A DNA stretch of 64,000 nt from Tubulanus polymorphus (lineage: Eukaryota; Animalia; Nemertea): NCBI RefSeq assembly GCF_964204645.1, contig NC_134027.1, positions 19,616,560 to 19,680,559 on the forward strand, given 5' to 3'. The notes beneath the pieces were generated by a model. The model ran no database searches and was not told the origin of the DNA. It was given only the letters and a program-made list of their open reading frames with translations. Of this stretch, positions 62,694 through 64,000 are shown one piece after another. How positions within the stretch are numbered: position 1 is the first letter of the stretch; each line of letters opens with the position of its first letter. Both the position numbers and the translations under genes were made by a program.

Positions 62694-63119
62694 ATGGATG
62701 AGAAGATACCATGCGAAATTTGTGGTGAACTTCTAAGAAAAAGTAATATGGCTCGACATATGAAAAAACATGATGAAAATTATAAACCCCCTAAAATAAA
62801 CTGCCCAAAATGTAATAAATTATTCTCAAGAAATTATGTTAAAAAACATTCAGAGAAGTGTAAAATAAATGGCGCAACGGCTAATGTTGATTGTAACGAA
62901 AGTAATAGTAATTCTGTTGAAGTTGAACCTGAAATTATTTGGAAAAGACCTTTCTTAAACTATGATAAGGATAATATAAAAGATCATTTCCGTGAGCCTT
63001 GTCGAATAAAATATAGCCCTGAAAATATAGAAGATTGGGAGAATCATCAATTTCGTAAAATACATATAGATAAAATTTCTAATAAATTTGAAACTGAATT
63101 CAATGAAAGAAAAAATTAA
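62694..63119 (+). CDS. Viral C2H2 zinc-finger protein, probably frameshifted and continuing to about 63300
   Basis: CEICGELLRKSNMARHMKKH and CPKCNKLFSRNYVKKH; a further CKYC...H...KH finger lies in another frame at about 63220-63290; TAAATG start. Confidence 0.7.
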   Translation: MDEKIPCEICGELLRKSNMARHMKKHDENYKPPKINCPKCNKLFSRNYVKKHSEKCKINGATANVDCNESNSNSVEVEPEIIWKRPFLNYDKDNIKDHFREPCRIKYSPENIEDWENHQFRKIHIDKISNKFETEFNERKN

Positions 63120-64000
63120 ATATTAGAAAAAATAAAATATGAGAAAACGTTACCAGATAATAAAGAAACAGTTGAAAAGTTAGAAAAACAATATAATGAA
63201 TTAACAAGAAAAACATATTATTGTAAATATTGTAAATTGATTATTACAACAAGTAATTCAAATCTACATAATAGAACAATAAAACATAAGAAAACGTAAG
63301 AAAATACCAGGAGCTTAATGAAGATCTATTACCAATAAATTATAAACAAAAATGCCCACAATGTAATTATGCGACCTTAAGACAAGAAGGTACTGTGTTA
63401 TTTTGTAATGAATGTGGATGGCAAAAGAATTTATGGGGTGATGAAAAAACTAGAAATATTCTTATAGATCCAAAATTAAATTATCTAGATTTTTAAGGTA
63501 TTTTCTACGGAAGATCATACACCAGAATATATGCAATGGCTTGAAAAAATGAAAATAATAGAAAATAAAAATGGTGAATAACTAAAAAAGATATTTTAAA
63601 AACAATTATTCCATCAACATTTAACACAAAACAAAAGAAAATGTATTTATATTTATTATTTAATGATTATTATGAAAAACCTAAATCAACAGAAGAAGAT
63701 ATGGAAAATATAAAAAAAACATTCAAACAAATATTAATGTATCATTTGGAAAATAAAATAACAGATTCAATTAATTATGAATTCTTTTTAAATACGATTG
63801 TAAATTATTTAAACATCGATATTATAATTCCATTTGACGAATTAACAAACAAAAAGAAACAAAGAGAGCGAGATGAAATGTGGAATAATATAGAACTTTA
63901 TCTAAATGAGAAAAATGAAATGGAAGAGCCTAAACAAATTATACAAGAACAATTAAATGAAAAAGAAGAAACCAATAGTGATTTCGAGTTTGATGATATT

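Larger units (their letters stand above)
52597..64000. mobile_element. Endogenous Polinton/Maverick-like virus, left part; continues beyond the window
   Basis: Abrupt switch to gene-dense, intronless, very AT-rich DNA. Encodes a chromo-integrase, an A32-type packaging ATPase, and putative major and minor capsid proteins. No pPolB or protease is visible inside the window. Confidence 0.9.

Noticed and set aside
63300-64000. Further viral ORF fragments (CPQC...CNEC zinc ribbon and a downstream helical protein)
   Set aside because: Too fragmented and truncated by the window to assign; no pPolB motifs seen.

Overview
AT-rich animal genomic DNA, most likely an invertebrate (spliceosomal introns, microsatellites, many nested transposons); the organism cannot be named from sequence alone. 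From left to right: (1) The last two coding exons of a lysosomal phospholipase A2/LCAT-family gene (PLA2G15-like, 174-404 and 9653-10170). Its 9.2-kb intron holds a Helentron-type non-autonomous element carrying a 154-bp tandem array with CTCF-like sites, and a structurally complete DIRS1-type tyrosine-recombinase retrotransposon (1112-7155) is inserted into that element. (2) An ORF (21300-21590) for a secreted, probably amidated EGF-like peptide with atypical cysteine spacing and a probable non-coding 3' exon about 15 kb downstream. (3) A decayed Gmr1-like Gypsy LTR element (integrase before RT) interrupted by a MITE. (4) An 8.75-kb near-perfect palindrome (43572-52322, 48-bp spacer) duplicating a CR1/L2-type LINE. 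(5) From about 52597 to beyond the window end, an extremely AT-rich endogenous Polinton/Maverick-like virus (major capsid, penton, packaging ATPase, chromo-integrase, several membrane proteins, Zn-finger protein). Almost every gene of this virus starts in a T-run + TAAATG context matching the poxvirus late promoter, which suggests a satellite or hyperparasite of a pox-like cytoplasmic virus; this is the most interesting signal in the window. All family assignments come from motif recognition by eye, not database searches.
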